Source of the DNA: Malacoraja senta
Lineage: Eukaryota
Assembly: GCA_038087875.1 (NCBI GenBank)
Contig: CM075996.1
Location: 10,046,001-10,110,000, forward strand
Length of the DNA: 64,000 nucleotides
Direction: 5' to 3'
Below, one piece after another: positions 24,112-37,221 of the stretch (position 1 is the stretch's first letter; each line of letters begins with the position of its first letter). The notes beneath the pieces were generated by a model, which made no database searches, was not told the origin of the DNA, and saw only the letters and a list, made by a program, of their open reading frames with translations. Made by a program: the position numbers and the translations under genes.

Positions 24112-27100
24112 GTCACGTGACTCCGAAGTAAAATAGTAAGATTAAACGAGACCAGTTTGAAGTTTGATCTTTATTTTATGAGGAGTTGCGATGAGTGATT
24201 AAGTGCCCACCACTCCCAACCCTCATATCACAAAGGTCATCTGGTAGTTCTAGGTTTCTAATCTTACTATGTTACTTCAATTACTGTTATCTGTGATTTC
24301 ACACCGCTGCTTTGAAGATTGACACGCACGTAATCACCCGACATGGATTTCGCGGGAAACCCCTTCTACAAGGACTGCAGAGGGAATTCCGGCTGCGAGA
24401 ACTATGGGAGAAAACCCGACATGGGCTTTGCGGGGAATCCCTTCTACAGGGACCGCAGGGAACCCGCTACGGAGACCGCAGACTGCGGGTAGCGGGCAGC
24501 AGTCGAATCCGCCTTTTCCAGATAACAAGACCTGCAGGTAAGTTCTTTACTCTGGGGCCGTATTTTGTTCCATTTCTGTGTTACAGGGAAGGAACTATGG
24601 ACAAGTCGGGAACGAAGTCCAAACGGGCTGCAACCAGACTGGCTGGACCACGGAGTTACGGGCAGTCAGCAGCGGCCGACTGCATCAGGATCGCAATCTA
24701 TGCGGTCAGCAGTCTCCGTCCCGGCACCTGTACAGTCTGAATCAACACTACAGACTGGCGGAAAGACCAAGCAGAGGACGGACAGGCCATAGACTCGGAC
24801 GAGTCGGGCCGTGAAGAATCACCGCCGGCAGGCAGCGACCGAGATCGCATATCCCGCATGGGCGGTTGATGGAGCAGATGCTCCAATGTGACGTGCTCCA
24901 GGATATGGAGCCTTGTCACCATGGGCCTCCTAGGACGGCCATGGCAGCACCTCGTTGAGGGCTGCATAATGCATCTCCCTCGACAGAGGGGAGCATTAGG
25001 AGTCACTTCTGGGCTGACTCTGAAGACATGGGGTTGGCTGAAGATGCCACAAGTCTACTATGCACCCACCAGCAGACACCGAAGCTGGTGAAAGCCGAAG
25101 GCCGTACGATCAGAACAGAGGTCTTTTTTAGACCGCGGCTCAGAACGGCCTTCGTGGAAGATGCGCCAACCCCGCATGAGTGTGGAAGGCATGTCAGGCA
25201 GCAGCTCCTGGTTCAGGGTTGCAAATTTCCTCCCACTCAAATGAGCCGGAGTGGTAGAGGGTGCTACTGAAGTGCACATATGCCTGAAGCGACACCTGTT
25301 ACAGGGTTGCAATTCCTCCCACTCGATAAAACAAATGGATGCAGATGGTGCTAAAATACATACACATACCTAAGGCAGCTCCTGACTCAGGTTGCATAAG
25401 TCCTACCATTCGGATGTATGAAGGATGAAGCTGATTGAAGGATGAAGCTGGTTGAGGCAGCTCCTGGGCAGGTTGCATAAGTCCTCCCATTTGGAGTATG
25501 AAGGAGACGCTTCCGATCACGGATACTAGTTGGTAATATTTACACTTGGGTTTTACAGATCAGATTAGTTTATACTGCACAGCATTCAAGCACCAGAGCT
25601 CTTGAAAACATGGTTGGCGTTGCCTTTTTAGGCAGAATCGCAATTGGGGCAATGAGGCCTGTTCATTGTTAACAGGTACAACTCGCTTGTGCAGTATAGA
25701 CATTTCTGAATAGGGAACTTCGTGACTGTTAACTACCATGGGATCAGTTTCCATTCACAAGGCACCAGAGGTATTTCAAAATTTAGCTGGAATTGAGTTC
25801 TCATCCATCCAGTTAAATTTAAGTTAAATTTACGTTGATACCAACTGAAATAGTCTGGGACTCCGCCCTGAGGCAAGAGATTGGAATCAATTCTCAAGTA
25901 CCATTGTTACCAGACCTTTCCTATTCCCAGCTGAAACTATCAAAGTCACCATGATGGACGAATAGTATTCAGCATTGCTCCATTAACTTTTCATCAATTA
26001 TATTCAGTTAATTACAAACTGATGCTATTGCTCAAAGATGGAAAATTACTAATATCAGCTCTAAATTACGGAGACGGATGGGATTTGCATGAGTTACCAA
26101 ATGTTCAGTTATATGGTATCAACTACTTACAGACAACAGGTGCATTCTGTGGATTAAGGGGTGCATGCTTAAGTCCAAGTTGATTCACTTTTGTGGAGGT
26201 ATATGTTGATCACATGGGTATAATCAGTCAAAGTATCCGGTGATAATTTACCTAACCTCATCTAGCACTGGTATATCATTAATTGTCAATACAGAATTGA
26301 TGTTGGATCGCTAAGTGTTTAATGACATTGTGGCTCGATGAAACGCTGAAGATCGAAATGTCTGCATCCAGGCTCAATCACCAGTTGCAATATATGTGGC
26401 ATATCAATGGCGATGGATGTATTCTCGCTACACTGGGGAGGAATGTCTTCCTCCATTTTGCCTCATCAGACGGGACTTGCAAATTCAGCAAGCTCCCGCT
26501 TCAGGTATTTTCATAGTGCCTGCCTGGCTTCTACAGCGATGGTTCCCGCTGATGTGGGGAATGATGACACAACCTTATATGGTTAATTCTGGACATAAAA
26601 TTTGCTGGGTTTTACCGTGACTCGGGGAACCATCCTTTGCATGATATAACCTATGCTTTGATTACAGACTCTGCGAAGGCCATTCCTGCAGCTCAGGTTG
26701 TCAAACCATACCTTGGACGTGCTCACTGCAGATGCAGGGATAGCACCAAACAGCAGTATCTCCTCATAAGGAGATGGGAGGTATTTGTTTTATGTTATAT
26801 TACATTCAGCTCGGCACGGATGACTGACGGCTTGAAGGTCAGTTTTGTATGGGGTTGACAATTATCAAGTTAAAGTGTTATTTACAGTGCCTAAAGTGCC
26901 TTCTCATCATGCTGGCTGCGGGGAACAGAATCCACTCTGTTGGGTCTCACCCTCTGGGATTCAGGTAATGAAGGGTATCTTCAACTCTAAACCTCCCAGG
27001 CCTGGGTACGCAGAGATATAGGATGTTAACATTGTGCCACGTTGTTCATCGGTGGGCTCCAGCTACATCCCTGTCCTTCGTCAAACTCGCCTACAAGTGG

Positions 27101-28935
27101 TTATGCCCATGGCACTGAGTTCAGCACAACGGTTCCAGACATGGCATTAGCAGTGACTGGACATGATGATAATATCTGCGGGCTAAATGACATTATGTTT
27201 ATGACTTAGTATGACATAAGATGGCGGATGTGCAGGAGTGGGCGCCGTTTGTATGGCAGCCTGCCTGCAGTCCGTCGTCTAACTTTTTTATTGTCTGAAA
27301 CATTTTTTTTATTGGAGTCTATTCTTTCTATGTGGGGGGGAACTGTTTTAACCCCAGTCCTACCTGGTCGGAGATGCGGTTTTCCTCCTAATCGCGTCTC
27401 CGATCTCCCCATGCGGCCTTCCATCGGGCTGGAGCGGCGTTCCTGCCGGGGACCACAGCTTCGGCGGCACAGTGCTGGGACACCAACGGGGAGCGGGCGA
27501 TGCCTTGCCGGGTCGCCGCTCCGGAGTGCTGTGGCCGCCGACCACCAACAACGTCTGTGGTTTGAGGGCATCCCGCCGCGGGCGGGCGACGCTGGATCAG
27601 GAACACCGCGGAGTCGAAGCTCCAACCGGCGCGGCCTGAAGTCCGCGGGCGTCGCAGTCTCCGGGGAAGGAGCGGCCGCTTCAGACATTTTCAAGCTGCT
27701 GAGGACTTTTCCACCCGATGCGGGTGGGCAGACAACATCGGGCTGCTGTTGCGGCGGCTGGCTGCAGTGGCCTCAGACTGGCCCCGACCTCGGGTGGACT
27801 AGGAGGAGGAGGAGGACTGGACATTTTAGTGCCTTCCCTCACAGTGGAGAGTGTAGATTCTACTGTGGGGGGATGTTCGTGTTTGTGTAAAATCTCTTAT
27901 AGTGTGTTGTCATTTTTTCTATCTCTTTTTATTATTTGTATGGTTAGTTAACTGTAAAGCACTTTGGCTTTTGATTTAATTCAATTGGAAAATGTGCTAT
28001 ATAAATAAACTATATTATATTATTATTATTAGTCAAGCAGAATAGACCAGGGGCATCAGGTCTAACTGGATTGTTCACATATCTCATGGACCTTCGGTTG
28101 TGTGTAGTCACACATCTACACCAGAATGTAGGTCACTAGAGCATTAAAGACTCTGAACTAGCAATATTGTTAGTTACATTAGCCTTGTAAGAAGGGATCA
28201 CTACAGACCATCTCCAGGTGTTATAAAGGGGCTGGCTTATACAGGAGTGAACACTAATATTCAAGTCTCACTCCACCAGGGCTGCAACTACCACAGCAGC
28301 AGGGTATGGACGTTAGGGGGACCACATCCTAGCGACTGCAGGGTGGTCAAAATAATGATCTTTCCAATCATTTATAACAACCCATTACCAGATTGGGGGT
28401 ATTTGCCAACTCTATGCTTGTTCTGTTTCATAGTTCCCGCTCGGTTGAGTGAGGTTACTATTATCATTGTTTGTTCATTAAAAGCATCAACATGTCTATA
28501 TCTAAGTCATGTCTGAATGCATTATTAATGATCACTCATCAGTAGTCAACTGATGCAGTGTGTGAAGCATGGACTCGTTTCCACGGCATGAAATCACAGA
28601 TCTTTAAAATCTTCACGTAGTCACTCACGTGACTCCGAAGTAAAATAGTAAGATTAAACGAGAACTTACCAGTTTGAAGTTTGATCTTTATTTTATGAGT
28701 TACGTCGAGGGATTACGTGCCCTCCACGCCCACCCTCTTGTAAAGGTCAACTGGTATCCTAGTTCTTCTTATCTTACTATGTTTATTTCATTACTATTAC
28801 TGTGATTCCACACCGCTGCTTTGAAGAATGTCGCGCATGCGTGCTGGCGGGGTCTTCACGTAATCCCTCGACGTAACTCCTCATAAAATAAAGATCAAAC
28901 TTCAAACTGGTAAGTTCTCGTTTAATCTTACTATT
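24112..28935 (+). mobile_element. Degenerate DIRS-type tyrosine-recombinase retrotransposon
   Basis: Remnant motifs IEMSASRLNHQL (DLFASRLN), PPFCLI...GIFIVPAW..QRWFP (MT-like domain), STKQQY, KPPRP.Y...DV, LVKQNRPG and STRAAT (YR domain); ~77-bp inverted repeat 28644-28719/28857-28935 (ICR/ITR); flanked by two parts of a minus-strand SINE. Confidence 0.85.
27211..28028 (+). mobile_element. GC-rich non-autonomous retroposon with L2-type tail, inserted in DIRS
   Basis: TTAGT target duplication (27206-27210, 28029-28033) splits the YR codons LVKQ; tail TGTAAAGCACTTTG...TGCTATATAAATAAA(TTA)n. Confidence 0.75.
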
Positions 28936-30174
28936 AACCTGCAAAACCTGTACGTCTTTGGAGTGTGGGAAGAAATCGGAGATGCCGGAGAAAACTCACG
29001 CAGGTCACGGTAAGAACGTACAAACTCCGTACAGACAGCACCCGTGGTCAGGATCGAACCCGGGTCTCTGGCGCTGTAAGGCAGCAACTCTACCACTGCG
29101 TCACCATGCCACCCATGCACCTTCCTCTTGCATCTTTTGCCCAAAGTTTAAATCTGTGTAACTGAGGCTTTCGAACCTCCTGCTAAGATGAAGTGCTTTC
29201 CTCCCTCCATTTGTTTAAAGCAGCCCTAACCTTCTTCACTTCCCTCTGATCACCCTTCGGCCTTCCTTGCTCCAAGCTTAGCTACTCGAAATCTAGATGC
29301 TGGTTTACACCGAAGATGGACACAAAATGCTGGAGTAACTCAGCGGGACAGGCAGCATCTCTGAAGAAAAAGAATAGGTGGCATTTCGGGATTAGTAAGG
29401 GGGGCAAAGGTTATGGGGAGAAGGCAGGTGATTGGGGTTGAGAGGGAAAAATACATTAGCCATGATTCGATGGGCCGAATGACCTAATTCTGTTCCTATG
29501 TCTTATGATCTAATCTCAGGGCAACTGCAGATGCTGGAATAGATGACGTTTCAGGTCGAGACCCTTCTTCAGCTCAGCTGCTTGTCAGATGCTGGAGCTG
29601 AAGTCCCTCGATCGTGGAAACACATCCCTTCCCCATGGCCCCAACCAATCTCGGAATCAGCTCAATATTCTCTCACAATCAGCAGCAGGTGGATGAGTGT
29701 TTTTTTTTAAGCTGTGCACATCCAGGTCACACAGCCTCACCAGCGTCATCAATACATGAACACTTAGAAATTCAGTGCCTTCTCACTGAGCCAGAAGTTA
29801 CAAATGTTCAAAAATCACATATTACAAAACACAGTTGTACTCTCTGTTAAATATAAAAAGTAAGACACAAAATGCTGGAGTGACTCAGCGGGACAGGCAG
29901 CATTTCCAGATAGAAGCAATGGGTGATGTTTCAGATTGTGACCCTTCTTCAGACTCTGTCGTTCACCCCTTAGAAACGAAAATAATATTTTCATGATTTT
30001 AAATAATTCTCTGCAGTACAGTTCCTTTAATGTTTCCTTCACAGACAGAGGCATAAAATATGATTTGTGGAAATCCACATGCTATTGAATGCATTAAAGG
30101 TTCAATGTTGTAATGTCTGCAGGTCACAACGTGCTCCTGCATGATAATCAAATCAGGATGCACACAAGGAGAAA

Positions 30175-30633
30175 CACTGACGAGGGTTCGACCGTATGTG
30201 GTCCGACCATCAGCTGACGCCACAGGAACCCCCCCCCACCCCCAGAACCATTCTCGGGACTCGATCCCCTGCTGGTTGATGAGATGCGGCTGTGTCTCGT
30301 CCATCCTGCGGCTTTTGCATTGGCCTCCTCGCACCCCTCGGCATACGGCTGGGATGGCCCACAGCCGGAGCGTAGACTGCGCCTGTGGGCCCCACCGTCC
30401 CAACCCACAGCCAGGGTGCCCCCGACCCACAGCAGGAGCCGCCCTCGACCATGCTTGCGCACCTTCTCGTAGAAGGTTAGCGCGTTCTATCCTTTTCGCC
30501 TGCGTATTTACGGGTTTTGGCTGCCGCGTTTCGGTGGCCTGCTCGTTTTCCTTCCTCCGGTTCTGGGGGAGGGGGGGGATTCCTGTAGCATCAGCTGATG
30601 GTCAGATCACTTACGGTCAAACCCTGGTCAGTG
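30175..30633. mobile_element. MITE-like element with ~75-bp imperfect TIRs (CACTG...CAGTG)
   Basis: 30175-30249 is approximately the reverse complement of 30559-30633; GC-rich non-coding interior; no clear TSD. Confidence 0.7.
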
Positions 30634-31332
30634 GTTACGAGGGCTGTCACGTGACGTCATGGGTTAAGGGGAGTGTCCTGCTACATAAGATCATGAGATC
30701 AAGAATCGACAGGTAGCTGAGCTCGAGACAACACCCTCGCTCAGCTGCAACAGCAATGATAAAATGTTAGAGGACCCAACTTGCATGTACGTCCACCATG
30801 TAATATCTGAATAAAGCAACTGTTTGTTCACCATGCTTGGTACCACTACAGGACAGAGGTTTAGAAACAGACAATAGGTGCAGGAGTAGGCCATTCGGCC
30901 CTTCAAGCCAGCACCACCATTCAATATGATCATTGCTGCTCATCCTAAATCAGTACCCCGTTCCTGCTTTCTCCCCATATCCCTTGATTCTGTTAGCCCT
31001 AAGAGATACTTAAATCTAACTCAGCCCTAAGAGCTATATATAACTCGAGGTGAGGGGGGAAAGGTGATGGGCCAAACACTGGCAGGTGGGACTAGCGTAG
31101 CTGGGACATGTTGGCCGGTGTGGGCAAGTTGGGCCAAAGGGCCCGTTTCCACACTGTGATTCTATTGAACTCGTGTCTCTGGCGTGTGAGGCAGCAGCTC
31201 TACCTGTTGCGCCACCGTGCCATCCTGATTTAGTTCAGTTTTAGAAACAGTCCGTCAGTTTTCTTTTACAAAATTAGGATATTCTCTGCCACTTAAAAAA
31301 AACTACAGCGTTATATACAATATATATATATA

Positions 31333-31469
<137 letters not shown>

Positions 31470-31552
31470 AGTGCATGTGTGTAGTCAGGATCGAACCCGG
31501 GTCTCTGGCGCTGTAAGACAGCAACTCTACCGCTGTGCCACCCAGTTCTTAG

Positions 31553-31660
31553 TGTGAGCAAAAAAGATTTGGTTTAAACTAGTTGCTGTTATTCAAATCT
31601 TTCCTCTGTGAGCAAAAAAGATTTGGTTTAAACTAGTTGCTGTTATTCAAATCTTTCCTC
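31553..31660. repeat. ~54-bp tandem duplication
   Basis: TGTGAGCAAAAAAGATTTGGTTTAAACTAGTTGCTGTTATTCAAATCTTTCCTC occurs twice. Confidence 0.9.
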
Positions 31661-33493
31661 CTGCAAACTTAGTTCATGATTATTTTTCCAGTATTTATTT
31701 GAATGAAGCCACTTCATTAGCATTCTTTACCAAGAGCCACAGCTATAGTGCAATAAAAAAGTGTCAATTCCAACAATTCAGAATGGCCCTGAAAATGAAC
31801 CATCCTATTGCATAACGTCATTTGTTAATTAAACAATTCATTTTAATTATAAAATAAAAAATAATAAGATTATAAAAAATAATGAAACAAGACTATTAAT
31901 GTGCAAAGACAATTCATTTTATGATACTTCTTTTCCAAATACAGTAACATACCAATAAGCCAATAACCAATCATTTGTAAAATGCATTATAATACAGAAT
32001 CAGCACAATAATTCACACCTTGGTCAGGATTGAACCCTTGGTGTCTGGCGCTGCAAGGCATCATCAACTGTAACGCTTCGCCACTGTGCCGCCCCATTAA
32101 GACTAAGGAAAAGACCAGCCAGTGGTGGACTGGGAAGCCCATTGTGCAGAAAGGAACTTCAGATGCTGGATTAAACCGAAGATAGACAAAAAGAGCGGGA
32201 CAGGCAGCGTCTCTGGAGAGAAGATATGGGTGACATTTTGGGTCTGAAGAAGGCTCTCGACCCGAAACGTCACCCATTCCTTCTCTCCAGAGATGCTTCC
32301 TGTCCCGCTGAGTTACTCCAGATTTTTGTGCCTTTATTCTGGGAAGCCCTTTGCACAACTCAATGTGGCTCGGCCAAGGATTTGAACACCATGCAAGAAT
32401 TACATTTATATAGCAACGCTTCCGCCCAGCCATACTCTCTCTCAAACATGCTGTCTTTCTCAAACATGCTGCCTTGCTTAAACTGAGAGTATATCGACCC
32501 AGACTCGGAGCTGCATGGGACATAATATGTGAAAGATCCTACACTACATCTGTCTCAGGAAAGTACATTAATTTGGGATTCAAAGTCAGCAGTGGAGGTG
32601 TCTCTGAGGAGAGAAACATCGTTCAGGCTAATGTCTTCATTCAAGCCATCAATTTGAGATATCATTTAAAAAAAGACATGACATGCTGGAGTAGCTCAGC
32701 AGGTCAGGCAGCATCTCTGGAGAGCACAGATAGGTGATCGTTTGGGTCGGGACCCTTCTTCATCGCCTATCCATGTTCTCTAGAGATGCTTCCTCGCCTG
32801 CTGAGTTACTCCAACACTTTGTGTATTTTTTTTGTTGTAAACCAGCATCTGCAGTTCCTTGTGTGTAAATTGGAAATATGAATTCAGTTTCTAACTCCCC
32901 ACATCCCATCGGCCCTGCGAAGCATAGTTTAGTTTAGTCTCAATTATTGTCATGTGCACTGAGGTACAGTGAAAAGCTTTTGTTGTGTGTTAACCAGTCA
33001 GCAGAAAGACAATACATGATTACAATCGATCCCATTCACTGTGTATAAATTGTTGCTGCAGGATTAGAGATTTAAGAGTGTGGGGCGATTGTAATATGAG
33101 TTTGTAGATCTGCTTCACGGGCCAGCACGCAAATAGTCGCCATCTTGGACGCCATCTTGGAGCATGGCAGCCATTTGTTGCTTTGGCCGGCGTTTGGGGC
33201 ATTTTGCGTTCATAGTCTCTTCTGAGAATGAAATTCCAGAGAAGTTCTCCAAGAAAGTCCCGTAACCGTGGTCAAAGACCTCACCGATCTGGGGCAATTC
33301 CGCTTCCACCGTTTTCCTGGGATCTCCGCGGATCTAGCACAAAATCCCGGTGGACAATCAGAAAAACCCTGGAGAAAATCTGCTGGCTGGAATATTCGCA
33401 CAGTGACTGATGGATGGGCCACAGTCATCCTAATCATATGGTACAGTCCTAACTCTCTCCCTCAGCTCCTCCTGGTTTGATCTGCAAAACAGT

Positions 33494-33810
33494 TCAGTAA
33501 TTGGAAGCGTCACCAGAGATCTGGAAGGTTTTGGTGGTGACCAGCACAGTAGATCCCAGCTCTGTGGCAGGCATTGGGAAGCTGTGTTTGGTATGGTGAG
33601 ATCCAAGAGTATTTTCTGTTGCGTAACATTTAGCTTTCCCATTGTCCATCTCAGAATAGACGGCCTCCGTCCTCTTAACCACCGGGTCTTTGGAGATCCT
33701 GTTCACCATATGAGAATTGGTGTTGTTTCCACACGGGCAGCACCTCTTCATTCTTGAAGCCTTCCCATTCAGATTATCAAACACTTCGGGAGCTTCCACG
33801 TAAATATTCG
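33494..33810 (-). CDS. TNFRSF13C: BAFF-receptor-like TNFR, terminal (cytoplasmic) exon
   Basis: Acceptor TTTTATTTTTTCTAG, phase 1; encodes (A)NIYVEAPE...KHSFPMPATELGSTVLVTTKTFQISGDASNY*, matching the BAFF-R tail motif PVPATELGSTELVTTKT better than the BCMA motif PLPAMEEGATILVTTKT. Confidence 0.88.
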
Positions 33811-34609
33811 CTAGAAAAAAATAAAAGATTTGAGAGGAGTAGATCGGGTAGATGCACAGGGTCTCTTGTCCAGAGTAGGAGAATCGAGGACCAGACGACA
33901 TAAGTTTAAGGTGAAGGGATAAAGGTTTAATGGGAATCTGAGGGGTAGCTTTTTCACACAAGGGGTGGTGGGTTTATGGAACGAGCTGCCAGAGGAGATA
34001 GTTGAGGCTGGGACTATCCTATTGTTTAAGAAAGAGACAGGTACATGGAAAGGACAGGTTTGGATGGATATGGACCAAGTGGCCGGTGGGACTAGTGTAG
34101 CTGGGCTTTTGTTGGACAGTGTGGGCAAGTTGGGCCGAAGGGCCTGTTTCCACACTGTATCACTCTATGACTCTATGACTCTATCAAAGTCCACAAGTCT
34201 TTGATTATGTTGACTGCTTTCCCGAGGCAGCGTGAAGTGTAGATGGGGTGTCTGAAGAAATGTCACCCATCCCTTCTATCCAGAGATGCTGCCTGTCCCG
34301 CTGAGTTACACTAGCATTCCGTGTCTATCTTCAGTGGTGGAGAGTCTGTTCTGTGTGATGGGCTGGGCTACGTCCACACCTCTGTGCAGTTTGTGTAGGA
34401 CGGAACTGCAGATGCTGGTTTAAACCAAAGATAGACACAAAGTGCTAAAGTAACTCAGCGAGACAGGCAGCATCTCTGGAGAGAAGGAAGGGGTGACTTT
34501 TCGGGTCGAGACCCTTCTTCAGACTGACTGCAGTTTCTTGTGGTGCAGGGCAGAGCTGTTCCCAAACCATGCTGTGATGCAAGGTGACAGCGGGTTTTCT
34601 GTGGTGTAA

Positions 34610-34880
34610 AGGGCCTGTCCCACTTGGGTGTCATTTGCACGTCATTGATGCGACTGTCGCGGGAAAATCATTTAGCAGTACGACAGTCGCACGCCAAGTA
34701 GCGCCAGTCTCTGTGGCAAGGATTTTCCCAAAGAACACGTTTCAAAACTCGCCGCGGCTTTATACCCGGGTGGTCACGTGGTGTGGCGCTCAAATGACGT
34801 ACAAATGGCGTGCCAATGGCGTACGAGCGGCGCATGGTTACGGACGTTGACGCATAATATATTAGCATAGGCAACGTTCG
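34610..34880. mobile_element. Truncated Harbinger MITE (left half of the 9300-9842 element)
   Basis: Left TIR present, right TIR absent. Confidence 0.85.
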
Positions 34881-35195
34881 GGTAGATGCACAGGGTCTCT
34901 TGCCCAGAGTAGGGGAATCGAGGTCCAGACGACATAGGTTTAAGGTGAAGGGATAAAGGTTTAATGGGAATCTGAGGGGTAGCTTTTTCACACAAGGGGT
35001 GGTGGGTGTAAGGAACAAGCTGCCAGAGGAGATAGTTGAGGCTGGGACTATCCCGACATTTAAGAAACAGGTACATGGATAGGATATGTTTAGAGGGATA
35101 TGGACCAAACGCGGGCAGATGGGACTAGTGTAGCTGGGACATGTGGGCAAGTTGGGCCGAGGGACCTGTTTTCACACTGTATCATTCTATGACTA
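34879..35195 (+). mobile_element. CR1 LINE 3' fragment
   Basis: Conserved CR1 3' tail starting at CGGGTAGATGCACAG. Confidence 0.85.
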
Positions 35196-35414
35196 TGGCC
35201 TGTGAAAATTCTTGTGTTATTTGCATCCACTTTATGGACTTCAGCTTTGACTTGTGTTTGAAATTCATTGAATTTACTGTCAGTAAAGATAAACTAATGT
35301 AGTTTGAAACCCTCTCTATTCTATCCATACCACGCTATGCTGCATAGTTTGATTGCTTCACGTTTATTTAAACGTATATAAACTTTTAATTTTCCGCACA
35401 ACAAAGGAGTCTTT

Positions 35415-35710
35415 AGACTTTGGACTTTGGAGATACAGCGTGGAAACAGGCCCTTTGGCCCCCCGAGTCCACTCCAACCAGTGACACTATCCTACACACA
35501 CGAGAGACAATTTACAATTTTACCAAAGCCAATTAACCTATAAACCTGAACGTCTTTGGAGTGTGGGAGGAAACCGGAGCGCCCGGAGAAAACCCACGCG
35601 GGCACATGGAGAACGTGCAAACTCTGTACAGACAGCACCCGTGGTCAGGATCGAACCAGGGTCTCTGGTTCTGTAAGGCAGCAACTCTACCGCTGCGCCA
35701 CCGTGCTGCC
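35415..35710 (-). mobile_element. HE1-like SINE
   Basis: Complete head, body and tail on the minus strand. Confidence 0.85.
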
Positions 35711-35794
35711 CCTTCGACTATATTGGATATTAGAGCAATTGCTTCATTTCCCAATAATTTCCCTGTAATTTATTCTCTCTCACAGTTCATTAAT

Positions 35795-35926
35795 AAGGTG
35801 CAGAAGAGGTTTACCAGAATGCTGCCTGGATTAGAAGGTATTAGCTATAAGGAGAGGTTGGACAGACTTGGATTGTTTTCTCTGGATCGTTGCAGGCTGA
35901 GGGAAGACCTGATAGTTTATGTAAAA
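35795..35926 (+). mobile_element. CR1 fragment, left half (continues at 43852-44452)
   Basis: KVQKRFTRMLPGLEGISYKERLDRLGLFSL...EDLIV; resumes as TTATGAGAGGCAT at 43852. Confidence 0.85.
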
Positions 35927-36667
35927 CTAGACAGTGGGACCCGTTGGGTCCCTGTCACACAGGAGGCTTGGTCCCCCAACGCAATATTCCACCACTCACC
36001 CATAGCCCCCAACTCCACAGGTGCGGCTCATCCCCAGCACTCTCTCCCCCTCCTCCACCCTCCCTCTTCTTTCCCCTCTCCTCCTCCCCTCCCCCAATCC
36101 CTCCCTCACCTCACTCTCCCTCTCCCCTACCCTCAGTCACTCCCTCCTTCCCTCCATAACTCCTCTCCCTCTATCCCCTCACCTCCCCCACTCCCTCCCC
36201 AGGGTCTCGAGCTTGCCGCTCCTCTCCCTTCTGGCATGCCCTGGAGGAGCATCAGACGTCCGATGAAGACGCGATGGCGCAGGAAGGGGCGATCCGTCCC
36301 TGGGAGTGACAGAAGAAACTAATCCGCGCGCCGCTGAACGGCAGGAGAGGAGATCGATCTGCATATGCGCGGTTTTTAAGATGTTTAAACCACGCTAGTG
36401 TTTACAATATACCATCGATCGGAACAAAACTTGTTGCACTCGCAGCTCATGAGAACAACTGGCAAAAAATCGTAGCGCTATCGCGTACCGTTTTTGTGCA
36501 AAGAGAAAAACCGCGCAAACCGGAAGAGCACAAGATCAGTTATAGAGATAGATAGAAAGAGAGAAAGAGAGGGAGAGAGGGAGATAGGGAGAGAGGGAGA
36601 GAGGGAGAGAGGGGGAGAGGGGGGAAGAGAGGGGGAGAGAGGGGGAGAGAGGGGGAGAGGGAGAGGG

Positions 36668-36698
<31 letters not shown>

Positions 36699-37221
36699 GC
36701 TGTGCTTTTTCAGCTCTTCAGTTGAGAAGGTTTGAAGCAGCCTTTCAAGGATTTTGTCGATGGAGAAGGAACAGAGGCAGAGGGGCTTCATAGTTTAACT
36801 TATCGTTGGACTGTTGATACTTTCCTCTGCTCTAGGAATCCTCCACGAGTATGAAAATTCCTGAGTTTTCTCTCCATTGTCGAGGGTGCGGTTGTCGTCG
36901 GCGGACTGCCAAGAGTGCCTGGAGATCGAGGGTACGAAGATTGTGGTGTTTTTGTCGTTTTTTTAGCACCGTTTCTCTGCCCTAAAGTCATTTTGCACAG
37001 GCGGCTGCCTGGCGTAATGTGAAGATGGTACTTTTGCTTCCGGCAAGACTGGGATAGAGCTTCCCAAAATCTGCTCTCGGCTGTGGACGAACTTGGGGAC
37101 TTTCCTGCTTCAGCTGGAGGCTTCTGATTTCTGCTACTTGTCTTTGACTGTGACTGTCTCTGGGACTTAACTTGGAGCTGAGCTGCTGGGCTGCCTGGAG
37201 CTGGTTTGTGCCTCTGTCAGG

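Larger units (their letters stand above)
33489..34880 (+). repeat. Segmental duplication copy 2 (pairs with 8198-9570)
   Basis: Direct near-identical copy; ends abruptly inside the Harbinger MITE. Confidence 0.93.

Noticed and set aside
33115..33480. ORFs and paired GCCATCTTGG motifs downstream of the receptor stop codon
   Set aside because: Short ORFs without recognisable homology; most simply 3' UTR sequence.
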